Under the pieces are notes generated by a model. The model saw only the letters and a list, made by a program, of their open reading frames with translations. It made no database searches and was not told the DNA's origin. The position numbers were made by a program, and so were the translations under genes. Of a stretch of DNA of 55,168 nucleotides, positions 28,398 through 37,933 are shown in pieces. The number at the start of each line of letters is the position of its first letter. The first letter of the stretch is position 1. Origin of the DNA: an uncultured virus (IMG/VR IMGVR_UViG_3300032084_002349). Its lineage: Duplodnaviria; Heunggongvirae; Uroviricota; Caudoviricetes. The stretch spans positions 62,001 to 117,168 of the IMG/VR virus record IMGVR_UViG_3300032084_002349. One strand, written 5' to 3'.

Positions 28398-28465
28398 CCT
28401 GTGATTTCCTGTGATTGGATGGGTGAGCAATTTGGGCTAAGGTGGTTCGACTCCACCACACCCTC
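28398..28465 (+). ncRNA. anticodon-less tRNA-like element with 5' CCTGTGATT tandem repeat
   Basis: GGGTG/CACCC stem, AGC-AATTTGG-GCT D-like hairpin, GGTGG-TTCGACT-CCACC T arm; two CCTGTGATT copies at 28398 and 28408. Confidence 0.65.
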
Positions 28466-28566
28466 TTTATATTATGATATGAATTTAAGTTTCATTCATA
28501 AAACTACGGGGTATAGTAAGATATCCATCATAATAAATAATTCTTTTTTAAAGTAAAAGGCAAATT

Positions 28567-28965
28567 ATGCATCACGAACCAGAACATGAAGATTATGATG
28601 ATGATGAATACAAATATTATCCTGATGGCGGGCAATTTAATGAATATAATGAACATGGATATCCCAAAGAATTTCAAATAGATTGGGCCGCTTGGGAAGA
28701 ATGGCTTAAAGATGCTATGTCGGATATAATAAAAGAGAAAGACGATGTATGGTTAGTTGGTAATAACCTGCAAAACAAAGGTTCTTTAAGCGATAAATGC
28801 TTTGTATATCTAGGTAATAATAATTATGATGAAGCAATTTGGAAAATTAAATATTTTATCAATGATAAGATAGATCAGCAATATAAAAAACATATTCAAT
28901 CACACGCATCTTATTTTGTTCAACAGCCAGAGTACTATAAAGGTCTGTACGATAATTTAAATTAA
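28567..28965 (+). CDS. hypothetical acidic protein
   Basis: ORF track; GGGGTATA motif at 28508. Confidence 0.65.
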   Translation: MHHEPEHEDYDDDEYKYYPDGGQFNEYNEHGYPKEFQIDWAAWEEWLKDAMSDIIKEKDDVWLVGNNLQNKGSLSDKCFVYLGNNNYDEAIWKIKYFINDKIDQQYKKHIQSHASYFVQQPEYYKGLYDNLN

Positions 28966-28976
28966 AGGTAGATATT

Positions 28977-29399
28977 ATGGATCAAGACTGGTTAGAAATA
29001 GAGAATTTAGATAAATTGATAGACTTTAGCAGGCGACTCATCTATTCCAATTTTGATCCTAATAAAAGAGATCAAGAAGATCAAACCTTTTTTCAAAACC
29101 TATCAAAGTTCAATAACATAGAACTAGCAGAGATGAATGATATTTTACCTCACAAAGAAATTAAAATAATTTTTAATGAATTTATCATAAGAAAAAGACA
29201 TAAAAAAACAAAACAGATCAGATTATTCATACGGGATGAGGATTACGAAAACATCTTGGAAGCAATAAATTCTAGGTTTGTATCAAATATTGTTCAGCGT
29301 ATGGTTGGAAAAGGATTATTGGAAACTGCTTTTGATGCAGAACGTAATGACTTTATATTTTGGGTAAATAAAAATGAAAAAGATCAAGAAAATACTTAA
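28977..29399 (+). CDS. hypothetical protein
   Basis: ORF track; AAGGT SD. Confidence 0.7.
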   Translation: MDQDWLEIENLDKLIDFSRRLIYSNFDPNKRDQEDQTFFQNLSKFNNIELAEMNDILPHKEIKIIFNEFIIRKRHKKTKQIRLFIRDEDYENILEAINSRFVSNIVQRMVGKGLLETAFDAERNDFIFWVNKNEKDQENT

Positions 29400-29850
29400 A
29401 GCAAAACCTAGTAGCCACGATATTTACTATGAGTATATATGTCCTAACTGTGGTTTTAATCATTGGCTTAGTTCTGTTGAGGCTTCAACAAAAAACTACA
29501 AGATAGTATGTGATTGTAAATCTATCATTGTTCCAAAACCTATTAAAAATATTGAGATTATATATAAAGAAGGTAAAATTGACTTTTTCTCAAAAGAAAA
29601 TGAGGAAAATGATTCTGCAAGCAATCAGGAGCAAAGACCTCAAACTTCTACAGAACCTAAGAAAATAAAGATTGATAAGAAAGTTCTCAAACAATGTACG
29701 GCTATTTTAGAACAATACGGTTTCGAGAAAAAAGAAGCATCAGAAATGATTAAAGAAATTTTTGATGAAACTAAACATCAGGATGTTAAAATATTGGTAA
29801 AATTAGCAATACAAAAGATTGGAGTAAATGCAGATGGGCAATGCGTATAG
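29374..29850 (+). CDS. Zn-ribbon plus RuvA C-terminal (domain III)-like protein
   Basis: CPNC...H...CDC; C-terminus ILEQYGFEKKEASEMI...DVKILVKLAIQ; directly upstream of ruvB. Confidence 0.7.
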   Translation: MKKIKKILKAKPSSHDIYYEYICPNCGFNHWLSSVEASTKNYKIVCDCKSIIVPKPIKNIEIIYKEGKIDFFSKENEENDSASNQEQRPQTSTEPKKIKIDKKVLKQCTAILEQYGFEKKEASEMIKEIFDETKHQDVKILVKLAIQKIGVNADGQCV

Positions 29851-30733
29851 ACCTTGTTCTTTTAAAGACGTTATAGGTCAGGATGATGTGGTATCTCGCC
29901 TGAGAATCCTCTGTGCTGGTAGTAAAAAAAATGATGGCGTTATGCCACACATATTAATAGACGGGCCTCCCGGCCTCGGTAAGACGACCTTATCTAATGC
30001 TATTGCTAACGAAATGGGTGTCAGTATTTATACAGTAAACGCTGCTATGATTCGTAGCCCTAAGAATATCATACCCTATCTTATAGGTATGACAACTAAA
30101 TCTGTATTATTTATAGACGAGATACACAGATTACCTAAGTTAGTAGAAGAATTTTTGTATCCTGTGATGGAAGATTTTCGTATAGATATGCTTGTAGAAA
30201 ATAAACCAGACTCTATTGATGTTCCAGTGTTTACTTTAATTGGGGCAACTACTAGTGGAGGTAGTTTAAGTCAGCCTTTTTATGATCGCTTCACAATTAA
30301 AGAGCATCTTTCTTTTTATAGTCTAGATGTCTTAGCAGAACTAGCAAGGTCGAATGCTGATAGAACAGGTATATCTTTAAGCAAAGAGCAGGCTTTTGAA
30401 ATAGCAAAAAGAAGCAAAGGTACTCCTAGAATATTAAATGCAAGACTACAGTGGTATAAAAGTTATACAGAATACTATCCAGAAAAAAATGATATTGATG
30501 AAGTGTTTTCTAGCCAAGGTATAGATTGCAATGGTTTCGATGAAAATGATATTACATATATTAAGATATTAAAGAAAAATAGAACAATTCCTTTAGGTAT
30601 AAAAAGTATTTCTAGCATGACAGGTATAGCACAAGAGACTATAGAGAATAGTATAGAGCCTTATATGATAAGAATGGGATATATACACAGAACACAAAAA
30701 GGTAGAATTATATCTAGAAAAGCCCCAGTATGA
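29834..30733 (+). CDS. ruvB: Holliday junction branch migration helicase RuvB
   Basis: RP..F...IGQ, GPPGLGKTTL, LFIDEIHRL, EEFLYPVMEDF, GATT, RGTPRI-like KGTPRI, IEPYMI..G...RT.KGR. Confidence 0.95.
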   Translation: MGNAYRPCSFKDVIGQDDVVSRLRILCAGSKKNDGVMPHILIDGPPGLGKTTLSNAIANEMGVSIYTVNAAMIRSPKNIIPYLIGMTTKSVLFIDEIHRLPKLVEEFLYPVMEDFRIDMLVENKPDSIDVPVFTLIGATTSGGSLSQPFYDRFTIKEHLSFYSLDVLAELARSNADRTGISLSKEQAFEIAKRSKGTPRILNARLQWYKSYTEYYPEKNDIDEVFSSQGIDCNGFDENDITYIKILKKNRTIPLGIKSISSMTGIAQETIENSIEPYMIRMGYIHRTQKGRIISRKAPV

Positions 30734-31770
30734 AAAACTGCTTATATTATTCAATGTTTATAGATAATGAATGGGATATGAAATATTATTCTATGGCATA
30801 CTATTCTTTAAAGACTTTATCAGAAGTTTATGATAATTCTTTCGATGTTTTAGTTTTTTATTATCTTTATGATAATATTGATATAAATCATTTTAAATTA
30901 AATGATAAATATAATATATCTACAGATTTTGATTTTGTTAAGTGTGTGAAAACAGACTACACTAATAAGTATAAGGTCGTTCGCAAAAGACCTTACAAGC
31001 ATGACTCATATATGTCTAAATGGTATCATTTACAAAAAGCGTTGCAGATGGGTTATGATAAAATTTTCTTCCTAGATTGCGACTCTATGTTTGTAAGAAA
31101 TCCATCTGATTTTTTTAATAAATATGAAAACGGTAAGTTATGGACTTTATCATGTATTGATCCTGTTAATGATATATTATATCCTGATATTAAAAATATG
31201 AACAGTGGGCAATTTATAATTGACTCAAAATCTATTAGAAATAAAAAAAGTCTGTATAATAATATAGTCAAAAAGCGTATGTATCTCTCGAAGAAAGGTC
31301 GTAAACTTTTAGAAGCAAAAAAAATTGACGAAACAATGCTTGAGGGTTATGAGTATTTTAATGAACAGTATTGTGGTCAGTTTACTTTAATGGACATGGG
31401 ATTAAAATATGAGGAACTGAATTATGAAGAGATAACCCATCCAGCAGACCCAGTGATATATAGAATTAATGGAAAGGATATTAATACAGAGGAGTGGCCT
31501 CGATATACAATTAATCTTAAAGATACTGGATCGTATATCTCTGACATACAAGAAAAAATATATGTTATACATTATTCTTCTGGTAAATCTATTTTTTGGG
31601 TTCCCTACGAGATGCAAACAAATCAAATGAGAATTGAATATTCTTATTTCTTTAAAAAAGAATTTGAAGAAATTGATAAGACAAAAGAAGATGAAGAAAT
31701 TGATAAGACAAAAGAAGATGTAAAAATTACTAATAAAGTGTCTGATAGTTGGGGGTTGTTATTTACATGA
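30730..31770 (+). CDS. GT8-like glycosyltransferase
   Basis: KIFFLDCDSMF (DxD), NSGQFI, NEQY, VIHY. Confidence 0.6.
   Translation: MKNCLYYSMFIDNEWDMKYYSMAYYSLKTLSEVYDNSFDVLVFYYLYDNIDINHFKLNDKYNISTDFDFVKCVKTDYTNKYKVVRKRPYKHDSYMSKWYHLQKALQMGYDKIFFLDCDSMFVRNPSDFFNKYENGKLWTLSCIDPVNDILYPDIKNMNSGQFIIDSKSIRNKKSLYNNIVKKRMYLSKKGRKLLEAKKIDETMLEGYEYFNEQYCGQFTLMDMGLKYEELNYEEITHPADPVIYRINGKDINTEEWPRYTINLKDTGSYISDIQEKIYVIHYSSGKSIFWVPYEMQTNQMRIEYSYFFKKEFEEIDKTKEDEEIDKTKEDVKITNKVSDSWGLLFT
31665..31720 (+). repeat. 27-bp tandem duplication (EEIDKTKED x2)
   Basis: tgaagaaattgataagacaaaagaaga repeated twice in frame. Confidence 0.9.
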
Positions 31771-32519
31771 GTGATTTAATACCAAAAGATAATATATGTC
31801 TAATAGCACACGATGATAAATGGCAAAAGCAAGAGTATGTTAATATGCTTTTTAGTAGCCTAAAAGGACAAATAAAAAGAGATTGGTTTGTTCAACATGC
31901 TTACTTTTGTTTACCTTTAGTTATGGGTAATCAGCATGGTTTCATTATGAAAAGTCTTTACGATATTACAGTTAACTGGAATGGGGGAAACAGTCCGAAT
32001 GATGTTAAGGTTACTCATCATAATGATACAGAACATGCCGAGTTGAATGCTTTGCAGTCTATAAAAAGTCATTTCGGTATGGGTACAATAACAATACAAA
32101 CAACATTTTCTCTACGTACTCCAGATGGTATTAATTTAATGACAATAAATCCGCCTAATCATTATATAGACGGTATTTATCATATGACAGGAGTTATTGA
32201 ATCTGATAATTTAAGGCGTGATTTTACTTTTAATCTAAGGATAACAAGACCAAATTATAATATAAAGATTAAAAAAGGAGATATTTTAGGTTGTTTTATT
32301 CCTTACCCAAGACATTTCATAGATAACTTTACTCTCACCAATGTGATTGACATTTTATCTGAAGACGATATAACAAAAGAGAGAGAATGCGCTAAACAAC
32401 ATGGTCTGGAAAGAGCAGGTGCAGATCAACAAAAAAGACATAGAAATGGTAGAAGGTATTTTAACGGCGAAGATGTATATGGAAATAAATTTCAAGATCA
32501 CCAAATTTCATTAGATTAA
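31767..32519 (+). CDS. DUF6065-like protein
   Basis: RDWF..HAYFCLPLVMGNQHGF, PPNHYIDG...TGVIESD....FTFN. Confidence 0.7.
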   Translation: MSDLIPKDNICLIAHDDKWQKQEYVNMLFSSLKGQIKRDWFVQHAYFCLPLVMGNQHGFIMKSLYDITVNWNGGNSPNDVKVTHHNDTEHAELNALQSIKSHFGMGTITIQTTFSLRTPDGINLMTINPPNHYIDGIYHMTGVIESDNLRRDFTFNLRITRPNYNIKIKKGDILGCFIPYPRHFIDNFTLTNVIDILSEDDITKERECAKQHGLERAGADQQKRHRNGRRYFNGEDVYGNKFQDHQISLD

Positions 32520-32529
32520 AAGGAAGCAC

Positions 32530-33111
32530 ATGGATAAATTCCCCAATACATTTAAAAATATTGATAGTCAAGATGAACTACAGACCGTGCGAAATTATTT
32601 AGATACTCATACCGATAAGTGGGGAGAAGTCAGCCAAAACAACTATTGGCAAGGTAGGACATTGTTTCATGACTCTATAGAAGATGGTAGAGTAAGAAAT
32701 ATAATCATAGATGTATTGTCTAAAGGCGTTGCTCATATGAAAGAGTCTATGAATATTGAAAAACCAATATATTGTGAGCATTTATCTATTGCTCGATGGC
32801 CTGTGGGTTACGAATTACAACCACATGCCGATGCAGAAAATCCTCCCGGTAGTCCAAAACATAATTTCCCTTGGAGAGATTTTGCGTTAGTTACTTTTTT
32901 GAATGACGACTTTGAAGGTGGTACTTTATTTTTCCCCGATCATAATTTAAAAATTGAACCTAAGCCTGGATATTCTATATACTTTCCGGGAACTTTAAAA
33001 TATTTACATGGAGTAACAAAAATAACTTCTGGTGTTAGATATACTATTGCTTCTTTTTTAACCTATGATGAAAAATATAGTCATATAAAAATTAATGAAA
33101 TATCAGTTTAA
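32530..33111 (+). CDS. 2OG-Fe(II) oxygenase (prolyl 4-hydroxylase-like)
   Basis: HAD...FLNDDFEGG...YLHGV...RYT. Confidence 0.9.
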   Translation: MDKFPNTFKNIDSQDELQTVRNYLDTHTDKWGEVSQNNYWQGRTLFHDSIEDGRVRNIIIDVLSKGVAHMKESMNIEKPIYCEHLSIARWPVGYELQPHADAENPPGSPKHNFPWRDFALVTFLNDDFEGGTLFFPDHNLKIEPKPGYSIYFPGTLKYLHGVTKITSGVRYTIASFLTYDEKYSHIKINEISV

Positions 33112-34183
33112 ACTAGCGGTACTAGCCTCTGCTAAAAAACAAAAATATGTTGAAAGATTAAAAGATTTTATTTATAAGTATGGTTTTAAATTTACTAATA
33201 AAGATACTATAAATATTAAAATTGTATTTTTAGCTGAAAATGAAGAGGCTCCTGATTTCATATCAAACAATCCGCTTTTTGAATGGGTTGATGTAAAAGA
33301 AAAATTATCTACTAGGTTTATAAAGTATATAGAACAAAGTAAAGTGGACTATGAGTGGATAATGCAAGTAGATGATGACTCTAGTACAGACATAGACAGA
33401 AGTTATGAACTTTTAAATGATTTTTATGATTATGTTGATCCTATTATGTTCTTATGTTCTAGAACCCCAGATATGGACTATCATCAACAACTTATACTTA
33501 GAGAAATGGAGATTAAAAATATATTTTTTGGAAATATGGATATCAATAATTATAAAGATACTCCATACTTTATTCATAGTTGGGAGGGTTCTGTTTTTTC
33601 CTGCGGTGGAGCAGTGAAAATTAAGAATCATCCGATACTGCCTAGATATTTAGAATTAACCGATAAATATTTACCGGGATACGGAGATAATACTCCCGCT
33701 GTAGTTGCCAAAATATGTAAAGTACCTGTCGTAGAATCTTTATTTATGAGTGCATGGGCGCATGTTGAGGATTACTCTGCTGTAACACCAACAGGTAAAC
33801 TGACTCATATTCATTATGTTTTAAAAGATTGGGAAGGATACCAAGATTTTATTGATAAAATGCAAGAAAATAGATCTGTAGTATTTAATACTAACTTTAA
33901 AGATATAGATAGTCTTAAACCAGCAGAATGGCTATTTGGTAGAAAAGATGGACAAGCCAACTTAGTATATGCAGCAATAACTTTGGATAATGATGGTAGC
34001 ATAAAAGGTTATTGGTGCGACAATGAAAAATATTGGAGTCTAGAAGATGATGGCAAAATAGTATTTTTTAATAAAGATAAAGAGAAGACTACTGTTTTTA
34101 GTAAAATAAACAACACGGAATATAACGGCACTTTTTTACAAGATAATAAGACTATACATTTTTTAAAAAAGACAATGAGATGA
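33095..34183 (+). CDS. putative glycosyltransferase (Fringe/GT31-like DDD motif)
   Basis: YEWIMQVDDDS, G.VFS, GD, TH.HY. Confidence 0.5.
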   Translation: MKYQFKLAVLASAKKQKYVERLKDFIYKYGFKFTNKDTINIKIVFLAENEEAPDFISNNPLFEWVDVKEKLSTRFIKYIEQSKVDYEWIMQVDDDSSTDIDRSYELLNDFYDYVDPIMFLCSRTPDMDYHQQLILREMEIKNIFFGNMDINNYKDTPYFIHSWEGSVFSCGGAVKIKNHPILPRYLELTDKYLPGYGDNTPAVVAKICKVPVVESLFMSAWAHVEDYSAVTPTGKLTHIHYVLKDWEGYQDFIDKMQENRSVVFNTNFKDIDSLKPAEWLFGRKDGQANLVYAAITLDNDGSIKGYWCDNEKYWSLEDDGKIVFFNKDKEKTTVFSKINNTEYNGTFLQDNKTIHFLKKTMR

Positions 34184-34479
34184 TTATATATATAGATATA
34201 GATAATACAATTTGTAAACTACCTACAGATAGTCAAGACTATTCTGAAGCCTCTCCAATTTACGAGAGGATTGCCAAAATGAATGATCTTTATAATCAAG
34301 GACATACGATTATTTATTGGACTGCTAGAGGAACTAAAAGCGGTATTGATTGGAGAGATATTACAGAAAGACAATTTGATAAGTGGTTAGTGAAATACAC
34401 CCAAATACTTTTTGGTAAACCAGTGTATGATCTATTTATAGATGACAAAAATATTAATGCACACGAGTACTTCAAATGA
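34180..34479 (+). CDS. small HAD phosphatase (capsule-biosynthesis type)
   Basis: DIDNTIC, WTARG, GKP.YDLFIDDK. Confidence 0.88.
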   Translation: MIIYIDIDNTICKLPTDSQDYSEASPIYERIAKMNDLYNQGHTIIYWTARGTKSGIDWRDITERQFDKWLVKYTQILFGKPVYDLFIDDKNINAHEYFK

Positions 34480-35300
34480 AAGTAAAATTAGTATTATTTC
34501 AAAAAAATGAGCATATATTATTGAATGATTGGTTGCTATATCATAGTCATATATTTGGAATCGAGTCAATTCATGTCATAAATCATAAACCCGATCAAAA
34601 AACCTTTGACATACTTAGTAAATTTAAAGTATCTTATAACTCTTTTAATGGTGAATTTCAGAATAAAAAAAAAGAAATATCTAGAGTATTAAAAAACTAC
34701 AAGAATGAAGTAGATATATTAATACCAATAGACTGTGATGAGTTCTTATGTTATCTTTCAAATGAAGGTGAGTGTTTTCCGAATAAGAATAAAATTATAA
34801 ATGAATTAATATCACTGCCAAAAAAATGTAGATATAAAGTTCATGAATTAAGAGCATACGCAGATGAAATTAAATATAAAGACCCATTGATTGAGATAAC
34901 TAACTTTTTACATGAACCTATGTATGAAAATAGTAAAACATTATTTCCAGCAAAATATTTTGTTAAAACAGATCAAGGCAACCATAACGGTGAGATAACA
35001 GTAAATAAAAATTGGGTTTCAACAAATTTATGCTATATGCATTTTCATATTATGGGCTATAAACATTTTAAAACTAAAATGATAAACGGATTAAAGTCTT
35101 ACAAAAGCGTTACAAATAAAGGAGGAAAACACTACGAGTTTTTCGGTGGAAAGATTCAGTCAATTAAACAAGAGCATGCTATTAAAAACAAAGATGCGGA
35201 ATATAAAAAAGTGTGGCACGAATATATTGGTACAGGTTATTATCGGATGCAAATTTTAAGATTTTCTGAAAAGATCAAAGAACTACGACTAAAGGGTTAG
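34476..35300 (+). CDS. glycosyltransferase (GT2_4-like)
   Basis: KNE..LL.DWL.YH, PIDCDEFL, QGNH, HFH. Confidence 0.78.
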   Translation: MKVKLVLFQKNEHILLNDWLLYHSHIFGIESIHVINHKPDQKTFDILSKFKVSYNSFNGEFQNKKKEISRVLKNYKNEVDILIPIDCDEFLCYLSNEGECFPNKNKIINELISLPKKCRYKVHELRAYADEIKYKDPLIEITNFLHEPMYENSKTLFPAKYFVKTDQGNHNGEITVNKNWVSTNLCYMHFHIMGYKHFKTKMINGLKSYKSVTNKGGKHYEFFGGKIQSIKQEHAIKNKDAEYKKVWHEYIGTGYYRMQILRFSEKIKELRLKG

Positions 35301-35305
35301 ATTTA

Positions 35306-36259
35306 ATGAAAGTTTTTGAATTACCAGAAATCAATACATTATTTGTACCTTCTACATTTATGAGAAACAATAATATTAGACCTCAAAATAAAAAAGGATT
35401 AGATAGAATTACTAAGTATATCAAAAGTAAAAAAGAACCATATACTTTATTCATATGGCAATATTATACAATGAATTCTAACAGGTGGTCATCTTTAAAG
35501 CGTTCGGTGGAAAAAATTTTAAAAGAATGTACTGGGTTAAGAATAGTTATGTGTTGCAATGACACTAACTCTCTTGAAATCGTATCTAATGAAAGTATAA
35601 GTAGTTTCTCTGCTATATTATGCAATCATAACGCTACTATTGATAGGGAAATTTTTAATATTCAAGAGTGTAATAATATTTGGAACTCTGTTTATACAGC
35701 TAGAGTATGTAAATTAAAAAGACATTATCTTTCTTATGGTTTAAATAATATTTTATATTTAACTTCAGGCAATAAATATAATGATAAATATAGTAAAGAA
35801 GGTCATTCTGCACTAATAGATAATCAAAATAATTCTTTTACTTTATGTTCTCAGCATTTAACAGCTTTCGAGGTTAATGATTTACTTAATAAATCAAAAG
35901 TAGGATTATGTTTGTCTAGCCAAGAAGGAGCCATGTATAGTAGTGTGGAGTATCTATTATGTGGATTACCTATAGTATCTACTAAATCCACAGGAGGTCG
36001 TGATGTATTTTTTACAGACACTAATTGTATTATAGCGGAAGACTCTATCGAGAGTGTCTCTTCATGTGTGCAACAATGGCTTGATAATTATCCAAATTTA
36101 AATGAAAGGAAAAGAATAAGAGAACATACTATATGTATACAGAAAAAACATACAAACATACTAAAAGATAAATTGAAAGAAATATCTAATAATATAGATA
36201 TAGATAAACTTTATAAAAAAAAGTTCATAAATAAAATGACTATATCTATAGAAATCTAA
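35306..36259 (+). CDS. GT-B glycosyltransferase (GT4-like)
   Basis: KRH; LCLSSQEGAMYSSVEYLLCGLPIVST..GGR (E-x7-E). Confidence 0.78.
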   Translation: MKVFELPEINTLFVPSTFMRNNNIRPQNKKGLDRITKYIKSKKEPYTLFIWQYYTMNSNRWSSLKRSVEKILKECTGLRIVMCCNDTNSLEIVSNESISSFSAILCNHNATIDREIFNIQECNNIWNSVYTARVCKLKRHYLSYGLNNILYLTSGNKYNDKYSKEGHSALIDNQNNSFTLCSQHLTAFEVNDLLNKSKVGLCLSSQEGAMYSSVEYLLCGLPIVSTKSTGGRDVFFTDTNCIIAEDSIESVSSCVQQWLDNYPNLNERKRIREHTICIQKKHTNILKDKLKEISNNIDIDKLYKKKFINKMTISIEI

Positions 36260-36300
36260 ATAGTGTATTATATACTGTAAAAATATACAGGAGATATAAT

Positions 36301-36603
36301 ATGATAGAACAAATGATGGTATTTATACTATTATTTCTTATGTTTACATTTGGTATATTCTTTGAAAAATATATCTTAAATAAGAATAATATAGAGCATT
36401 CTCAAAAACCTAAAAGTTTTTTTGATAAAAATAGTAAACAGCAAGAAAAGTCTGTAAAAATAGATATAAACGACAAAAAGATAGTTTTAGGTGTATCTAC
36501 AGATAGTATGAGTAAAAGCAGTAAAAAACTGGGTAACACAACAAGCAAGAAAGATAATACTCAGTCAGCCATTAATAAACTGAAAAACATGAAGGGTAAA
36601 TGA
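36301..36603 (+). CDS. N-terminally membrane-anchored protein upstream of actin-like gene
   Basis: TM MMVFILLFLMFTFGIFF, polar linker, C-terminal helix SAINKLKNMKGK; AGTGTA motif at 36262. Confidence 0.7.
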   Translation: MIEQMMVFILLFLMFTFGIFFEKYILNKNNIEHSQKPKSFFDKNSKQQEKSVKIDINDKKIVLGVSTDSMSKSSKKLGNTTSKKDNTQSAINKLKNMKGK

Positions 36604-36604
36604 T

Positions 36605-37609
36605 ATGAGTAAAGGTTTAGACGTAGGTACAAGTTTTATAGTTTTATCTTCTTATGAAGGAGATAATATAAGATTTAAAGATTTTAGAGATGCTTTTTAT
36701 GTAATTAAACCAACAACACCAATCGCTACAAAAATGATTGAAAAAGGTTTGGCTGGTAAAGTATTTGTTAAAGATACCGATGGTTCATTTATTATTCTAG
36801 GTAAAGACGCAATAGAAAAAGCAGTGGAAAGAAACGAAGCTGCTAGAAGACCTATGTATCGTGGAGTGGTATCAGTCAAAGAAAAAGAAGCGAAAAGAGT
36901 TCTTGCTTATATATTAAAAGAAGTAGTCGGGCAAGCATCTGAACCCGGCGAAAAATTAGTATTCTGCGTTCCTGCTCAACCAGTTGATCAAGAAGATGAT
37001 GACTTTGATGTTGGATATCATGAAGATGTAGTCACGGCTATACTTGCAGAAACTGGTTATGATGCTAGAGCAATCAATGAAGCTGAAGCATTATGTTATG
37101 CAGAGTTAGAGTCTAGTGATTATACTGGTATCGGTATAAGTTGCGGAGCTGGCATGACAAATGTATGTGTTATGCTTAATGGAGAACCTACTGTAGTATT
37201 CAGTACAACAAAATCTGGAGATTGGGTTGATCGTATGAGTGCTGTAGCAACCGGAGAGCCAGATAGTGTTGTTCAAGTAGAAAAAGAGGGAGGTGGTTTT
37301 AAGGTTGGTGAACCTAACGAAAACGCAGTACTTGGAGCAGTAGCTTCTTATTATGAAAGATTAATAGAGTATACAGCTAAACAACTTTCAGCTGCTTTAT
37401 CTGGACATAAAGCCCTTCCTAAATTTAAAGATCCGATTAGAATTGTTGTTGCTGGCGGAACATCGAGAGCAGATGGTTATATAGAAAAACTGAATGAAAA
37501 ATTACTCGAAGCTGAGTTTCCTTTACCTATTGAAGAAGTAAAGCATGCAGAAGACCCTCTGCACTCAGTATCTAAAGGATGCCTTATAGCGGCTTCCATT
37601 TTAGACTAA
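36605..37609 (+). CDS. actin-fold ATPase (MamK/MreB/FtsA superfamily)
   Basis: Phosphate1 GLDVGTS, connect1 INEAEA, phosphate2 GISCGAGMTNV, adenosine VVAGGTS, connect2 DPLHSVSKG. Confidence 0.88.
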   Translation: MSKGLDVGTSFIVLSSYEGDNIRFKDFRDAFYVIKPTTPIATKMIEKGLAGKVFVKDTDGSFIILGKDAIEKAVERNEAARRPMYRGVVSVKEKEAKRVLAYILKEVVGQASEPGEKLVFCVPAQPVDQEDDDFDVGYHEDVVTAILAETGYDARAINEAEALCYAELESSDYTGIGISCGAGMTNVCVMLNGEPTVVFSTTKSGDWVDRMSAVATGEPDSVVQVEKEGGGFKVGEPNENAVLGAVASYYERLIEYTAKQLSAALSGHKALPKFKDPIRIVVAGGTSRADGYIEKLNEKLLEAEFPLPIEEVKHAEDPLHSVSKGCLIAASILD

Positions 37610-37926
37610 TGTGGCCTTTTAATAAAAAAATTCGTTATGCTGTTCGGTCTCCCGGTTGGGCAGCCTTGCGCAAAGAGCATATAGAAAAGCAACCTTGTTG
37701 TCAGGCTTGTGGATCATGCAAAAGACCAGAAGTGCATCATATTATACCAGTACATCTAGATCCATCAAAAGAGTTGGATCCTGATAATTTAATTACTCTT
37801 TGTGATAAGTACTGCCATTTTATATTTGGTCACTTGATGAACTATAAAAGCTGGAATACTAATGTAATAGAAGATTCTAAAAAATATTTATATAAAATCA
37901 AAAATAAACCTTTCAAGAATGTATGA
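37609..37926 (+). CDS. HNH endonuclease
   Basis: CQACG..EVHHIIP...NLITLC...CH; TAATG overlap with actin gene. Confidence 0.88.
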   Translation: MWPFNKKIRYAVRSPGWAALRKEHIEKQPCCQACGSCKRPEVHHIIPVHLDPSKELDPDNLITLCDKYCHFIFGHLMNYKSWNTNVIEDSKKYLYKIKNKPFKNV

Positions 37927-37933
37927 GGATATT

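Noticed and set aside
28421..28465. Functional tRNA gene
   Set aside because: No anticodon arm and too short; kept as tRNA-like element
37609..37926. HNH as intron-encoded or homing mobile element
   Set aside because: Flanking genes are intact, no intron structure seen, and it is a small stand-alone HNH coupled to the operon
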